Assembly: GCA_037129835.1 (NCBI GenBank)
Contig: JBAXUE010000003.1
Location: 87,275-151,274, forward strand
Length of the DNA stretch: 64,000 nt
Reading direction: 5' to 3'
Source: a bacterium
Lineage (GTDB): Bacteria; Patescibacteriota; CPR2; UBA1875; CAIMLA01
In this document: positions 19,617-29,652 of the stretch, one piece after another
Position numbering within the stretch: the first letter of the stretch is position 1
How the letters are laid out: every line of letters starts with the position of its first letter
Program-made: the position numbers and the translations under genes
The notes under the pieces: generated by a model
Seen by the model: the letters and a program-made list of their open reading frames with translations, nothing else
What the model was told of the DNA's origin: nothing
Databases searched by the model: none

Positions 19617-21724
19617 TACATTTCTCCGTCTGAGAGCTCACTCATGTCATCAATAAGTACATCTCTAGGCCTTGCACCATCTTGAGGACCGACCACACCC
19701 CTGTCTTCAAGTATGTCTAGTAGTCTTGCGGCACGAGCATAGCCAACGCGAAGTCTTCGTTGTAATAGAGAGGCTGATGCTTTACCGGCTCTAATAACGC
19801 AGTCTGCGGCATCATAAAAAAGTTCATCATCTATATCTCCTATTTCTCCACTCCGGTTTGCCTTTGCGTTTTGTAAAGTAATTTCTTCATTATATTCGGG
19901 CTCTGCTTGTTGTTTCACAAACTCCGTTACCATTTTGACTTCTTCTTCAGATACATAAGCACCTTGAACACGTTTTGGTTTGGAAAGTTCTGCAGAAAGA
20001 AAGAGCATATCTCCCATACCGAGAAGTTTTTCGGCGCCGCCTTGATCCAAAATAGTACGAGAATCTGCGTTGGCAGCAACAGAAAAAGCAATCCTTGTCG
20101 GAATGTTTGCTTTTATTAGCCCAGTAATAACATCTACTGATGGCCTTTGAGTGGCTACTATCAAGTGTATTCCTACAGCTCTAGCCATTTGCGCAATACG
20201 ACAGATTAGAGCTTCCGCCTCATTTGCAGACGCCATCATCAGATCGTTAAGTTCGTCTATTACTATAACGATATACGGCATGCCGTCTTTGCCTTTAATG
20301 GTATTGAACTCTTCAATATTCCTTTTTCCTGCATCTTGAAGCACGTGGTATCTTCTTTCCATTTCAGCTACCGACCATTTTAGGGCGCTAATTGTTTTGT
20401 CTGGGTCAACTATAACTGGAGTTAAAAGGTGTGGAATATTGTTGTATAGCGACAGTTCGACTCTTTTTGGGTCTACCAGTATCAACCGAAGTTCCCTTGG
20501 CGTATTTTGGTAAAGAAGACTCATTAATAATGAATTGATACAGACGGATTTGCCAGAACCTGTTGATCCTGCGACTAAGAGGTGTGGCATCTTTGTTATA
20601 TCGGCTATCTGAGGATGCCCAGCGACATCAAGCCCGAGAACTACTGATAATTTTGATTTTCTGTTTTTAAATGTCTCGGAGGATAAGATATTTCTCATTC
20701 TTACAATCTGAGCAGTTTTATTTGGGATTTCCACCCCAACAAGGCTTTTGCCCGGAATTGGTGCTTCGATACGGATGGGATGAGCTGCAAGAGAGAGGGC
20801 TAAGTTTTTGTCTAGCCCAGTGATTTTTTCGAGTTTAACTCCCTCGCTGGGTTTTAGTGTATATTGAGTTACCGTTGGTCCCACGTTGACATCACCCATC
20901 CCAACCTCGATTCCGAAGTTTGATAGAGTTTTTTGAATAGTGGCTGCGTTTTCTCGTACATTTCCGCTATCAGCCCTCGTTGTCATTTCTTCAAATAAAC
21001 TAAGAGGAGGTAATTTCCAACCAGAAGTATCTACTGTTGTGGCTACTGGTTGCTCTGCTTTTTCTTTCTCTAATTGATTCTTTTTAAAATCAGCTAAACT
21101 GGTTTTTGGGGCTGAGACTGTTTCGTGAATTTTAATATCATTTTTTGCATCTGTATTTTTTTCATCGTCTTTATTGAAAACATTTTTAATATTTTTAATC
21201 GGAGTATTTGTTGCTAGTAGCATGCCAATAACCGCAAGGGCTATCAATAGTACAAACGAAACTGGAGCGTTGAAAATGAGCAGTAATAGTTTTTGAATGT
21301 ACTCACCGATTAAGCCGCCTCTATCCCCAAGCATTGCGACTTGGTGTGCTGTAAGAGGAGAGACAAAAATGTGGAAAATACCCGAGAAGGCGAAAACTGA
21401 TAATATAATTCCAATAATGGTAGCCGGAGTGATTTCATATTCATCTGGGTTAAAAAGACTGTAACCTACGCCTAATAATATTATCGGTAGTACAAAAACA
21501 GTCCAACCGAAAGTCAGTCTGAGATATTGGTTCATATATCCACCAAAAGGACCACCAAAATTAAGCGAACTCACCAGTATAAGAAATGACAATACAAAAA
21601 GAACAACCGCTAGTATTTGATTTCTAACATAAGGATCTATGCTAGAAAATGTGCTGGCCTGTTCTTTGTTTGATTTTCTGTTTGAGGAGCCTTTTGGTCT
21701 CCCTGGTTTTCTGTGTCGTGCCAT
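19616..21724 (-). CDS. ftsK: DNA translocase FtsK/SpoIIIE
   Basis: N-terminal TM helices, the motor-domain Walker A AGSTGSGKS, and a C-terminal gamma (winged-helix) domain LLQRRLRVGYARAARLLD. Confidence 0.95.
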   Translation of the reverse strand: MARHRKPGRPKGSSNRKSNKEQASTFSSIDPYVRNQILAVVLFVLSFLILVSSLNFGGPFGGYMNQYLRLTFGWTVFVLPIILLGVGYSLFNPDEYEITPATIIGIILSVFAFSGIFHIFVSPLTAHQVAMLGDRGGLIGEYIQKLLLLIFNAPVSFVLLIALAVIGMLLATNTPIKNIKNVFNKDDEKNTDAKNDIKIHETVSAPKTSLADFKKNQLEKEKAEQPVATTVDTSGWKLPPLSLFEEMTTRADSGNVRENAATIQKTLSNFGIEVGMGDVNVGPTVTQYTLKPSEGVKLEKITGLDKNLALSLAAHPIRIEAPIPGKSLVGVEIPNKTAQIVRMRNILSSETFKNRKSKLSVVLGLDVAGHPQIADITKMPHLLVAGSTGSGKSVCINSLLMSLLYQNTPRELRLILVDPKRVELSLYNNIPHLLTPVIVDPDKTISALKWSVAEMERRYHVLQDAGKRNIEEFNTIKGKDGMPYIVIVIDELNDLMMASANEAEALICRIAQMARAVGIHLIVATQRPSVDVITGLIKANIPTRIAFSVAANADSRTILDQGGAEKLLGMGDMLFLSAELSKPKRVQGAYVSEEEVKMVTEFVKQQAEPEYNEEITLQNAKANRSGEIGDIDDELFYDAADCVIRAGKASASLLQRRLRVGYARAARLLDILEDRGVVGPQDGARPRDVLIDDMSELSDGEM

Positions 21725-21836
21725 TTTATACCTTTAAAAACGAGTTTATTATAGCATTGTTTGTGTATAATATGAATATATAAATAAGGAGCTTCTCTAA
21801 TGACAGTATCCAAGATATTGTGTAAAATATATTTAT

Positions 21837-23183
21837 ATGGATAATAATATATTTAAAGCCTATGATATTCGTGGCATTTATCCGACAGAAATAAACGCTG
21901 CAGATGTAAAAAATATAGCAATGGCCTATGCTGATTGGCTGAAACCTAGACGCATAGCACTTGGCCGGGATGTTCGCTTATCAGGAGAAGAACTCTGGAA
22001 GGCTGCTGCAGATGGGCTAATAGAGATGGGCGTAGAAGTGGTTGATATTGGCGTGATTTCTACAGATATGTTATATTTTGCTGTCGCAAACTACAACCTT
22101 GATGGCGGTATTACAATTTCGGCATCGCACAATGCTGGTAATTTTAATGGTATGAAGTTCGTCAAGGAGCGTTCAAGACCGATATCTATTGATACCGGTC
22201 TTGCCGAAATACGAGACAGGGCAATTTTTGGGAAATTTGAAGCCCATAAACAAACTGGTAAAATAGTAAAAAAAGATATTATAAACGATTATGTCGAAAA
22301 AATGACTTCCTTTGTTGATAGGTCCGAAATAAGATCCCTTAAAGTGGTGGTCAATCCGAATTTTGGCTCAGCGGGTGATGTAATCCAAAGGGTAGCAAAT
22401 TATTATGGTATAGAGCTTGTAAAAATTAATTTTGAGCCAAATGGAAACTTTCCTAAGGGTAAGCCCGACCCCACAAAAACAGAGAATAGAAGCGAAACGG
22501 CTGCGCTAGTTAAGTCTAGCGGAGTTGATTTTGGGGTTACATGGGATGCGGATGCAGATCGTTGTTTCTTTTTTGATGAAAAAGGTAATTTTATCCTGCC
22601 GTATTATGCTACGGGAAATTTCATTGACTATTTTCTCAGGGGTCAGCCGGGCCAAACGATTATTATCGATCCTAGGCTTCGTTGGCTTTCCGCATATTTA
22701 GTAGGGAAAAAACAAGGAAAACTTATAATAAATAAATCCGGACACTCATTCATAAAAGAACGGATGAGAAAAGAAAATGCAATATTCGGTGCTGAAGCTA
22801 GTGCTCATTATTATTTTAGAGATCTTTGGTATACAGACAACGGTATTTTACCATTTATTCTTATGCTTAAGACCGTTTCAAGCTCTGCCTTACCCCTCTC
22901 TGCAGTAATTAAAAAATACCAGCATAGCTATTTTGCGCTTGAAGAACAGAATTATATTGTGGATAGCGTTGAAGAAACAATAAAGAAAGTAAAACATGCA
23001 TTTCCAAGCGACAATACAGATGATATAGATGGTTATTCGGCAGAGTTTATAGATTGGAGAATGAATTTAAGAGGTTCTAATACGGAGCTGCTAATACGGC
23101 TTAATATTGAAGCCACAAATAAAGAAATTGCTTTTAATCGGCTTAAGATATTAGAGGAGGTTATAGGTGGGGAAAAAGCTTAA
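21837..23183 (+). CDS. phosphoglucomutase/phosphomannomutase (alpha-D-phosphohexomutase)
   Basis: FKAYDIRG, the active-site Ser loop SASHNAGNFNGMK and the metal-binding DGDADR motif. Confidence 0.85.
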   Translation: MDNNIFKAYDIRGIYPTEINAADVKNIAMAYADWLKPRRIALGRDVRLSGEELWKAAADGLIEMGVEVVDIGVISTDMLYFAVANYNLDGGITISASHNAGNFNGMKFVKERSRPISIDTGLAEIRDRAIFGKFEAHKQTGKIVKKDIINDYVEKMTSFVDRSEIRSLKVVVNPNFGSAGDVIQRVANYYGIELVKINFEPNGNFPKGKPDPTKTENRSETAALVKSSGVDFGVTWDADADRCFFFDEKGNFILPYYATGNFIDYFLRGQPGQTIIIDPRLRWLSAYLVGKKQGKLIINKSGHSFIKERMRKENAIFGAEASAHYYFRDLWYTDNGILPFILMLKTVSSSALPLSAVIKKYQHSYFALEEQNYIVDSVEETIKKVKHAFPSDNTDDIDGYSAEFIDWRMNLRGSNTELLIRLNIEATNKEIAFNRLKILEEVIGGEKA

Positions 23184-23556
23184 AGAAAAAAAAGCAGAAA
23201 AGTACCAAGAAGGTTTCATTAAGGGGAAAAAGGTATTTTTAATAGGAATTCTGCCCGTAATTATTATGTTTGTTATTTTTGGTGGGATTGCTTGGATTGT
23301 GACTAACTACTACTATGAGAAGCCCGTGAATAATGACTCTGGAGATGCTGGAATTTGTAATACCGTCAGGAAACAGTACCCATCTAGTTTGGGCAAGGAC
23401 TTTCCTTGTGAGGTAACAGATAGCGGTGACTACTGGTTAGTTACTTTTACACAAAATGCGAATGCGAATTCAATACCAGCGTATATGACATTTAAGGTTC
23501 AAAAATCTAGTAAAGCCGTCACTCCTGCTATTGATATCAACAATCCTAATAAATAG
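23167..23556 (+). CDS. hypothetical membrane protein
   Basis: Basic N-terminus plus one TM helix (VFLIGILPVIIMFVIFGGIAWIV). Overlaps the pgm stop. Confidence 0.4.
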   Translation: MGKKLKEKKAEKYQEGFIKGKKVFLIGILPVIIMFVIFGGIAWIVTNYYYEKPVNNDSGDAGICNTVRKQYPSSLGKDFPCEVTDSGDYWLVTFTQNANANSIPAYMTFKVQKSSKAVTPAIDINNPNK

Positions 23557-23640
23557 ACTATATTATAACAGTACTTCGTGTTAATATTTGCGAACCAGAA
23601 ATATTCTGGCCTGTTCCATGACAACTGATAGGAGGAAGCG

Positions 23641-24087
23641 ATGGAAGGCTATTACCGTGTAGTAGATAAGCGTGGCAATGTCCATGAATATGACACACGA
23701 GTAAGTGGTTTGGATGATGGCTTCCTTCTTTTTTCTAAGGAAGAAGAAGTAGCCTATTTGGGCTCTGGTGGTTTCGTTGTTGGCCAAAAGGTGAAAGATA
23801 TCACGTATTTTGGCTCCATAGCACACCACCTCGTAACGCTAGAAACATCTGGCCAAATCGTTACTGTCACATGTCATCCTGCGAAATTGAGCATAGTCTG
23901 TCCTGACTGGCAAATGCCGAAAAGAACAAATGACATTAGGCTGGATCGCTCACTAGCCATCTCGGTAAAACGCGTACTCGAAGGCAGCGCAAGGCCGAGA
24001 GACTTCGGAATTATAGAAGCAACTAAGCGCTTTGTCCGAGTAACGACGTTGAGACTTCGACAGGGACAGGATGGGGTGTCGGTTTAA
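23641..24087 (+). CDS. hypothetical protein (higher GC than its surroundings)
   Basis: 148-aa ORF with an upstream ggaggaag RBS and a hairpin at 24073-24098 spanning its stop. No recognisable motif. Confidence 0.4.
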   Translation: MEGYYRVVDKRGNVHEYDTRVSGLDDGFLLFSKEEEVAYLGSGGFVVGQKVKDITYFGSIAHHLVTLETSGQIVTVTCHPAKLSIVCPDWQMPKRTNDIRLDRSLAISVKRVLEGSARPRDFGIIEATKRFVRVTTLRLRQGQDGVSV

Positions 24088-24127
24088 TATCGCACCCCTT
24101 CTTCAATATTTAAGGTAGAATATACTT

Positions 24128-24949
24128 ATGAAAAATATTTTATTAATTGATAAACAGGCTGGTTGGACAAGCTTTGATGTGGTGGCGAAGATTCGTAATG
24201 CTGTAAATCAAATAAATAAAAATCAGGGTTTACCGAAAACAAAACATGGAGTGAAGGTCGGACACGCTGGAACGCTAGACCCCTTTGCAACAGGTTTATT
24301 GATAGTTTTGGTTGGTAAAGAAACCACTGCCAAGCAAGAGATGTTTATGAAGCAAGATAAAGAATATCAAGCGACGCTTAGGCTTGGGTTCACTAGCAGT
24401 ACTGGAGACCCAGAGGGGGATATTACGTCATTTATTCCGTTGGCATCTCTGGTTCCTGAATCAAGTTCAGGACAGACTCCAGCCCAGGGATCTATCCTGT
24501 CTTCCGAAGGAGATCCTCGCGTTCGCAAGGATGACAAGCCATTTTTAGAAGATATAGAGGGTGTGTTACAGACATTTCTTGGCGAAATAGAGCAAATCCC
24601 CCCCATTTATAGCGCAATTAAGATAGATGGCAAACGAGCATACAAGCTTGCTAGGGCTGGGGAAAAAGTTGTAATGAAACCACGGCTAGTGAATATTCTG
24701 AAACTAAAGATAGACAAATACGCATACCCAGAACTGCGAGTCACTGTTAAATGTTCTTCGGGGACATACATCAGAAGCTTGGCAGAAGATATTGGTAAGA
24801 CACTTGGTTGCGGTGCCTATTTGACTGAACTCAGGCGTACAAAGATCGGCCACTACTCGATAGCAGATGCCGTAACTGTTGAGGCTGCTTTGAAAACCCT
24901 TGTTAATCCATTGAATAATGCACCTGATTGTAGTATAATTGATGCATAA
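24128..24949 (+). CDS. truB: tRNA pseudouridine(55) synthase TruB with an in-frame ~25-aa insertion; no PUA domain
   Basis: Motif II GHAGTLDPFATGLL (catalytic Asp) and EQIPPIYSAIK. The segment between LRLGFTSSTGD and EQIPP is ~25 aa longer than in canonical TruB and holds hairpin repeats. Confidence 0.9.
   Translation: MKNILLIDKQAGWTSFDVVAKIRNAVNQINKNQGLPKTKHGVKVGHAGTLDPFATGLLIVLVGKETTAKQEMFMKQDKEYQATLRLGFTSSTGDPEGDITSFIPLASLVPESSSGQTPAQGSILSSEGDPRVRKDDKPFLEDIEGVLQTFLGEIEQIPPIYSAIKIDGKRAYKLARAGEKVVMKPRLVNILKLKIDKYAYPELRVTVKCSSGTYIRSLAEDIGKTLGCGAYLTELRRTKIGHYSIADAVTVEAALKTLVNPLNNAPDCSIIDA
24455..24536. repeat. degenerate two-hairpin palindromic element inserted in-frame in truB
   Basis: ttcctgaa-tcaag-ttcagga (24455-24474) and gatcctcgc-gttc-gcaaggatgac (24512-24535). 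In reverse complement the order is hairpin A then a cttgat-loop hairpin, the same arrangement as the intergenic element at 53398-53448. Both this and the polA copy end in tgacaag. Confidence 0.6.
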
Positions 24950-25023
24950 TTAAGTAACACCCACCATGAGGCTGAATCCGTCGATCGCCGGACAGGCTTC
25001 GGGTCGGGCAAGAAGGAAGAAAC

Positions 25024-25293
25024 GTGTCAATCAAAAAAGAAGAAAAAGAACAGATAGTAAAAGAAGTAGGTAGAAGTGATAAAGACACTGGTTCGCCAGA
25101 AGTTCAAGTAGCTATTTTTACTGAAAAAATCAAGCAACTTACGGACCATTTAAAGACTCATAAAAAGGATGAACATTCTAGGCGTGGTCTTTTAAAAATG
25201 GTAGGTAAAAGACGTAGGCTCCTCGACTATTTATCGCGAAAAAACAAAGAAGTTTACGAAGCTTTAGTCAAAAAACTAGGTCTTCGCAAATAA
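25024..25293 (+). CDS. rpsO: 30S ribosomal protein S15
   Basis: [48 protein letters not shown]; GTG start; followed by pnp. Confidence 0.95.
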   Translation: MSIKKEEKEQIVKEVGRSDKDTGSPEVQVAIFTEKIKQLTDHLKTHKKDEHSRRGLLKMVGKRRRLLDYLSRKNKEVYEALVKKLGLRK

Positions 25294-25303
25294 TTAGCTA
25301 ATA

Positions 25304-25321
25304 CCGGCCCCAAGGGGCCGC
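25304..25321 (+). promoter_or_regulatory. GC-rich hairpin in the rpsO-pnp intergenic region (terminator/attenuator; processing-site candidate)
   Basis: ccggcccc-aa-ggggccg sits between rpsO and pnp, where an RNase III-processed attenuator hairpin is found in other bacteria. Confidence 0.5.
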
Positions 25322-25426
25322 AATTAGTTCATTAAACAATTGAATAGGAATCAGAGACAGGAAGTCGCATATGCGGTCGATTTGACTTCTTCCCCTGACT
25401 CCTATTCTATAAAAGAAAGGAGCATT

Positions 25427-27526
25427 ATGAGCTCAAACAAAGTTTCGACATACGAAACGGATTTTAACGGTACCAAAATGGTCTTCGAGACCGGAAAAAT
25501 GGGTTTACTTGCTGATGGCGCAGTTGTTATTAAATATAACGACTCTGTTGTTCTCGCTACTGTAGTAATAAATAATAAGGTAAGAGATAAGCAAGATTTT
25601 TTTCCTCTATCGGTAGAATTCCAGGATAAATGGTCTGCAACAGGGAAAATAAGTGGTTCCAGATTTATTAAAAGAGAAGGCCGACCTTCTGAATTAGCAG
25701 TTTTGCGTTCAAGAATGATAGATAGACCAATCCGACCAATGTTTCCTAAGGGATATCTTAATGAAGTTCAAATTATTATTTCACCATTGTCGCTCGATCT
25801 TACTATAGATCCTGCGGTCTTGGGTCTAAATGCTGCTTCAGCTGCATTAATGCTAACTGGAGCACCCTTCGAAGGACCACTAGCAGCAGTGAGAATTGGT
25901 CAGATAGAAGGTGAATTTGTCGTAAATCCAACAGAAGAGCAAGAAATAGCTTCTGACCTCGACTTACTGGTGGCTGGTTCAGAAGAGGCGATAACTATGA
26001 TTGAAGGCGAAGCAAAAGAATTATCAGAAGAAAGAATTGCCGAAGCACTAGAGCTAGCACACAAGGCCATCCAAAATAGTATCAAGACTCAAAAAGAAAT
26101 GGTTAAAGCTCTTTCGGTAGAGAAAATGAAGTTTTCAGTTCAACTGCCTGATGAGGATGTCTATAAAGATGTTTCCAAGTATTTATCAGACAAGCTGGGA
26201 GACTCTATTCGACATAAAGACAAAATAGCAAGAAATCTCATAATATCCGACCTTGAAGATATGGTTCAAATAGAATTTGATGAAAAGTATGAAGACTATC
26301 AGATCTCAGAAGCTTTTGAGAAAGTTATCAAGTCAGAAGTAAGGCGTTCAGTCCTCGAGGACGGCATTAGACCCGATCACCGCAAGATGGACCAAGTTAG
26401 AGACCTATCTTCTGAAGTCGGTATTTTACCGAGAACACACGGTTCAGGCTTATTCCAAAGAGGTCAGACACAGGTACTGTCTATTGTTACTTTGGCATCA
26501 CCTTCGAAGGCACAAATCGTAGAAAGCATGGACCAAGACTTTAGTAAACGTTATATGCACCACTATATGGATACACCTGCTAGCTATGGCGACACTGGAC
26601 GTATTGGCGCTGGACGACGAGCAATAGGTCATGGTTTTCTCGCAGAAAAAGCACTTGAGGCCGTACTTCCAGATGAAAAAGATTTTCCATACACTATTAG
26701 AGTTGTTTCAGAAATACTAAGCTGTAATGGCTCTAGCTCTATGGGTTCAGTTTGTGGCTCTTCGCTGGCTTTGATGGACGCCGGTGTCCCTATTAAGTCG
26801 CAAATAGCAGGTATTGCTATTGGTTTAATGTCTACGGACGGTGATTTGTCGCAAAAATATGAAATTCTTACCGACATACAAGGAGCCGAGGACTTTGCTG
26901 GAGATATGGATTTCAAGCTTGCCGGTAGCAGAAAAGGTATAACAGCAATACAAATGGATATCAAGGTTAAGGGGCTTACGCTTGATTTCTTAAAGGAAGT
27001 TATGAAACGTGCTACCACTGCAAAGTTGGAAATTTTGGATGTTATGGATGCAGCTATCGGAGCCCCCAAAAAAGATTTATCTAAATACGCTCCTAGACTT
27101 ACTTCATTCCAGATTAATCCTGAAAAAATCCGTGAAGTTATTGGTAAAGGTGGCGAAGTAATTAATAAAATTATCGCAGAGACTGGTGTAGAGATTGATA
27201 TCGAAGACGATGGTACTGTAGTAGTAGCAGCAGTTGACGGGGAAGCTGCAGATAAAGCGGTTGCTTGGATCAAATCCATTATTGCCGAACCAGAAGTCGG
27301 TAAAATATATGACGGAAGAGTCGTAAAGCTTATGGACTTCGGTGCTTTTGTAGAATTTATGCCAGGCAAAGAAGGTCTAGTCCACGTTTCTCAAATATCA
27401 AATGATCGTGTTGAAAAAGTTTCCGATGTACTCAAAGAGGGGCAAGAAGTAAAGGTGAAACTTACTGAGATAGACTCACAAGGTAGAAAAAATCTTTCGA
27501 TTAAGGCAGCATTGCCAAAAGATTAA
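25427..27526 (+). CDS. pnp: polynucleotide phosphorylase (start refined to the ATG at 25427, behind an aaaggag RBS)
   Basis: Two RNase PH domains, then KH (INPEKIREVIGKGGEVINKI) and S1 (KIYDGRVVKLMDFGAFVEF) domains. Confidence 0.97.
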   Translation: MSSNKVSTYETDFNGTKMVFETGKMGLLADGAVVIKYNDSVVLATVVINNKVRDKQDFFPLSVEFQDKWSATGKISGSRFIKREGRPSELAVLRSRMIDRPIRPMFPKGYLNEVQIIISPLSLDLTIDPAVLGLNAASAALMLTGAPFEGPLAAVRIGQIEGEFVVNPTEEQEIASDLDLLVAGSEEAITMIEGEAKELSEERIAEALELAHKAIQNSIKTQKEMVKALSVEKMKFSVQLPDEDVYKDVSKYLSDKLGDSIRHKDKIARNLIISDLEDMVQIEFDEKYEDYQISEAFEKVIKSEVRRSVLEDGIRPDHRKMDQVRDLSSEVGILPRTHGSGLFQRGQTQVLSIVTLASPSKAQIVESMDQDFSKRYMHHYMDTPASYGDTGRIGAGRRAIGHGFLAEKALEAVLPDEKDFPYTIRVVSEILSCNGSSSMGSVCGSSLALMDAGVPIKSQIAGIAIGLMSTDGDLSQKYEILTDIQGAEDFAGDMDFKLAGSRKGITAIQMDIKVKGLTLDFLKEVMKRATTAKLEILDVMDAAIGAPKKDLSKYAPRLTSFQINPEKIREVIGKGGEVINKIIAETGVEIDIEDDGTVVVAAVDGEAADKAVAWIKSIIAEPEVGKIYDGRVVKLMDFGAFVEFMPGKEGLVHVSQISNDRVEKVSDVLKEGQEVKVKLTEIDSQGRKNLSIKAALPKD

Positions 27527-27585
27527 TGGGTAGATAATAATATATCTTAAACGTATCTTACGTATTTAATTGCTAGCTTGAGAGT

Positions 27586-27616
27586 TAAAAAAGAGGCCGA
27601 AAGGCCTCTTTTTTGT
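27586..27616. terminator. bidirectional rho-independent terminator after pnp
   Basis: aaaaaagaggccgaaaggcctctttttt is a perfect stem flanked by an A-run and a T-run. Confidence 0.8.
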
Positions 27617-27639
27617 TATAATAAGAAAAAGGATAGCAT

Positions 27640-28239
27640 ATGAATGAACGTCCGCAAACACCAAGTGAAGTAATAGAAAGCTTCCAGAAAACCTTCCCAG
27701 GGACAAAAGAAAAGGATATTCGGGAGGTTATTACAGCGCATGCGAGTAATATTGCCAGTCAAGAAGGCCGCGAGGTCGCTATTAAGGACTATCGAGCCAT
27801 CTTGAAGGCATATGCTGACGGTTTGAAATCTAATCCATATTTATTAAAAGAGGTTTTTGATACTGCGTATATGAGTATCAAATTTGATGAGTTGTTGGGA
27901 CCCGAGAACGCAAGTAGATTTGGCGATAGGGTAAAATATTTAGTTGCCCAAAAAAACAGCAACAACATTACAGAAATTATAATTAAGTGTATCACCGAAT
28001 CGGACAGTACAGATGAATCGGAATTAATAATGTCGATATATGACGAGATAGATAAACAGGTGGCAGAATTGGTTACCCAGATATTTTACGACGATGAAAT
28101 CAAAGAAATGTTTGATGACGACCCAGTTTTGAAAAATAAAATTAAAGAATTTGAGATAGATTCTATCAGTGGGCTACTCCGCAAAATGGTAGGTGCAGGG
28201 ATAGAAATGTATAGCCAAGCCACCGCAGATAACGAGTAA
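27640..28239 (+). CDS. hypothetical acidic protein
   Basis: 199-aa ORF with an RBS aaaaggatagcat. No recognisable motif. Confidence 0.45.
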   Translation: MNERPQTPSEVIESFQKTFPGTKEKDIREVITAHASNIASQEGREVAIKDYRAILKAYADGLKSNPYLLKEVFDTAYMSIKFDELLGPENASRFGDRVKYLVAQKNSNNITEIIIKCITESDSTDESELIMSIYDEIDKQVAELVTQIFYDDEIKEMFDDDPVLKNKIKEFEIDSISGLLRKMVGAGIEMYSQATADNE

Positions 28240-28248
28240 TGGGCAGCA

Positions 28249-28971
28249 CTAACCATTTAGCATAATAACATTGGCAAACCTACCGGTATGTCCATTGCCG
28301 GCTCTGTGAGAGTAAAATATGTCGTTACTGCAGCAAGTACAAATATTTGAATGCTCGATATTTTCTTGTGAAACGCCGGCAATAATTAGCTGATTGTTTA
28401 TTAGCCTAGGTAAGTCTATTTCGTAACAACAAGAATGTATACAGGGGCCAATTCCGACCAACAAATTATCGGGCCTACTATTATACTTTATTGTCATTTG
28501 GGTAATCGTACCACCCACTATATTTGATTCTGTTCCTTTTTTCCCCGAGTGTGCAATGCCGATGGCATTATTGATAGGATCATAGATAAATATCGATGCG
28601 CAGTCAGCAGTAACAACTAGTAATGGGACGTCGACTATTTTTGTTATTAACCCATCTGTCTCGGTGAACCCATCTTTCCAACTATTTGAGCCCTTGCCGA
28701 AGTCTTTTTGCGTAACTACTTTTATATTAGTACTGTGTGTTTGTTGCCCGCAAGTAAATGCCTTTTCCGAGACCGAAATTGCTTTTGCGAGTATTCTTCG
28801 ATTATTTAGTACGATATGATTTTCATCACCAACGTGAAGGCCGACATTAAGCTCTGCAAAATTGCCTTTACTATTACCGCCCTTTCTGGTCGACACTACC
28901 GCAGTTATTTTATGCTTTTTAAATATTTTAAAATAATAAAGTGGAATGACTTTTTTTGTTTTTATTATCAT
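28249..28971 (-). CDS. pgeF: YfiH/PgeF-family purine nucleoside phosphorylase / peptidoglycan editing factor (laccase-domain, DUF152)
   Basis: Conserved His/Cys/His set: HS..I (QTHSTNI), VVTADCASIF, IGIAHSGKKG, as in Cu-oxidase_4/YfiH proteins. Confidence 0.75.
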   Translation of the reverse strand: MIIKTKKVIPLYYFKIFKKHKITAVVSTRKGGNSKGNFAELNVGLHVGDENHIVLNNRRILAKAISVSEKAFTCGQQTHSTNIKVVTQKDFGKGSNSWKDGFTETDGLITKIVDVPLLVVTADCASIFIYDPINNAIGIAHSGKKGTESNIVGGTITQMTIKYNSRPDNLLVGIGPCIHSCCYEIDLPRLINNQLIIAGVSQENIEHSNICTCCSNDIFYSHRAGNGHTGRFANVIMLNG

Positions 28972-29031
28972 AACCTTAGTATACTAGAATACCGACTTCG
29001 CGAGAATGTTAAGAACGGTTATAATGTAATT

Positions 29032-29526
29032 ATGAAAATAGCTGTAATATCGGACATCCATGGTAATATGGCCTACCTCGGAAGAGCAAAAAAGATTATC
29101 GATGATAAAAAACTATCCTTGGTTATTTGCTGTGGCGATATGCAGGACATTGAAACATTTTCTGAGCTAGATAGTTGGAGCCAGAAAGTATATTGTTCTT
29201 TGGGCAATGCCGACTACGAAATTCGTTATAGGTTAGACATAGGAACTCTTTTAGCAAAAAAAATGGAAATATTCTTAGATTATGGGGTTTTAAATATTGA
29301 TGGTTCGAAAATAGCGTTTTGTCATTATCCAAAATTTGCTAAAAAACTAGCTGAGGACGGAAGGTACGACGTCGTTTTTTATGGCCATAATCACAAGCCA
29401 TGGGAAGAAAAAATCGGTAATACAGTCCTTTTGAACCCCGGTGAATTACAAGCCAGAGATGGTAAACCTACTTTTGCTATATATGATCTTAAAAATATGA
29501 GCGCTGAACTAAAGCTCCTGGTATAA
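29032..29526 (+). CDS. YfcE/MJ0936-type metallophosphoesterase (start refined to the ATG at 29032)
   Basis: MKIAVISDIHGN...CCGDMQD...GHNH, the calcineurin-like phosphoesterase motifs I to V. Confidence 0.8.
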   Translation: MKIAVISDIHGNMAYLGRAKKIIDDKKLSLVICCGDMQDIETFSELDSWSQKVYCSLGNADYEIRYRLDIGTLLAKKMEIFLDYGVLNIDGSKIAFCHYPKFAKKLAEDGRYDVVFYGHNHKPWEEKIGNTVLLNPGELQARDGKPTFAIYDLKNMSAELKLLV

Positions 29527-29652
29527 ATAAGTTTACAAAGCTAACATAAGGCGTATAATTATCAAGTTCCCATATTTGTGGGTCATCCTAGTGGATACTA
29601 GGATAAGGATGTCTGTCTCTGCATCAACTCAGGGACAAAGGAGGTGTGCCGG

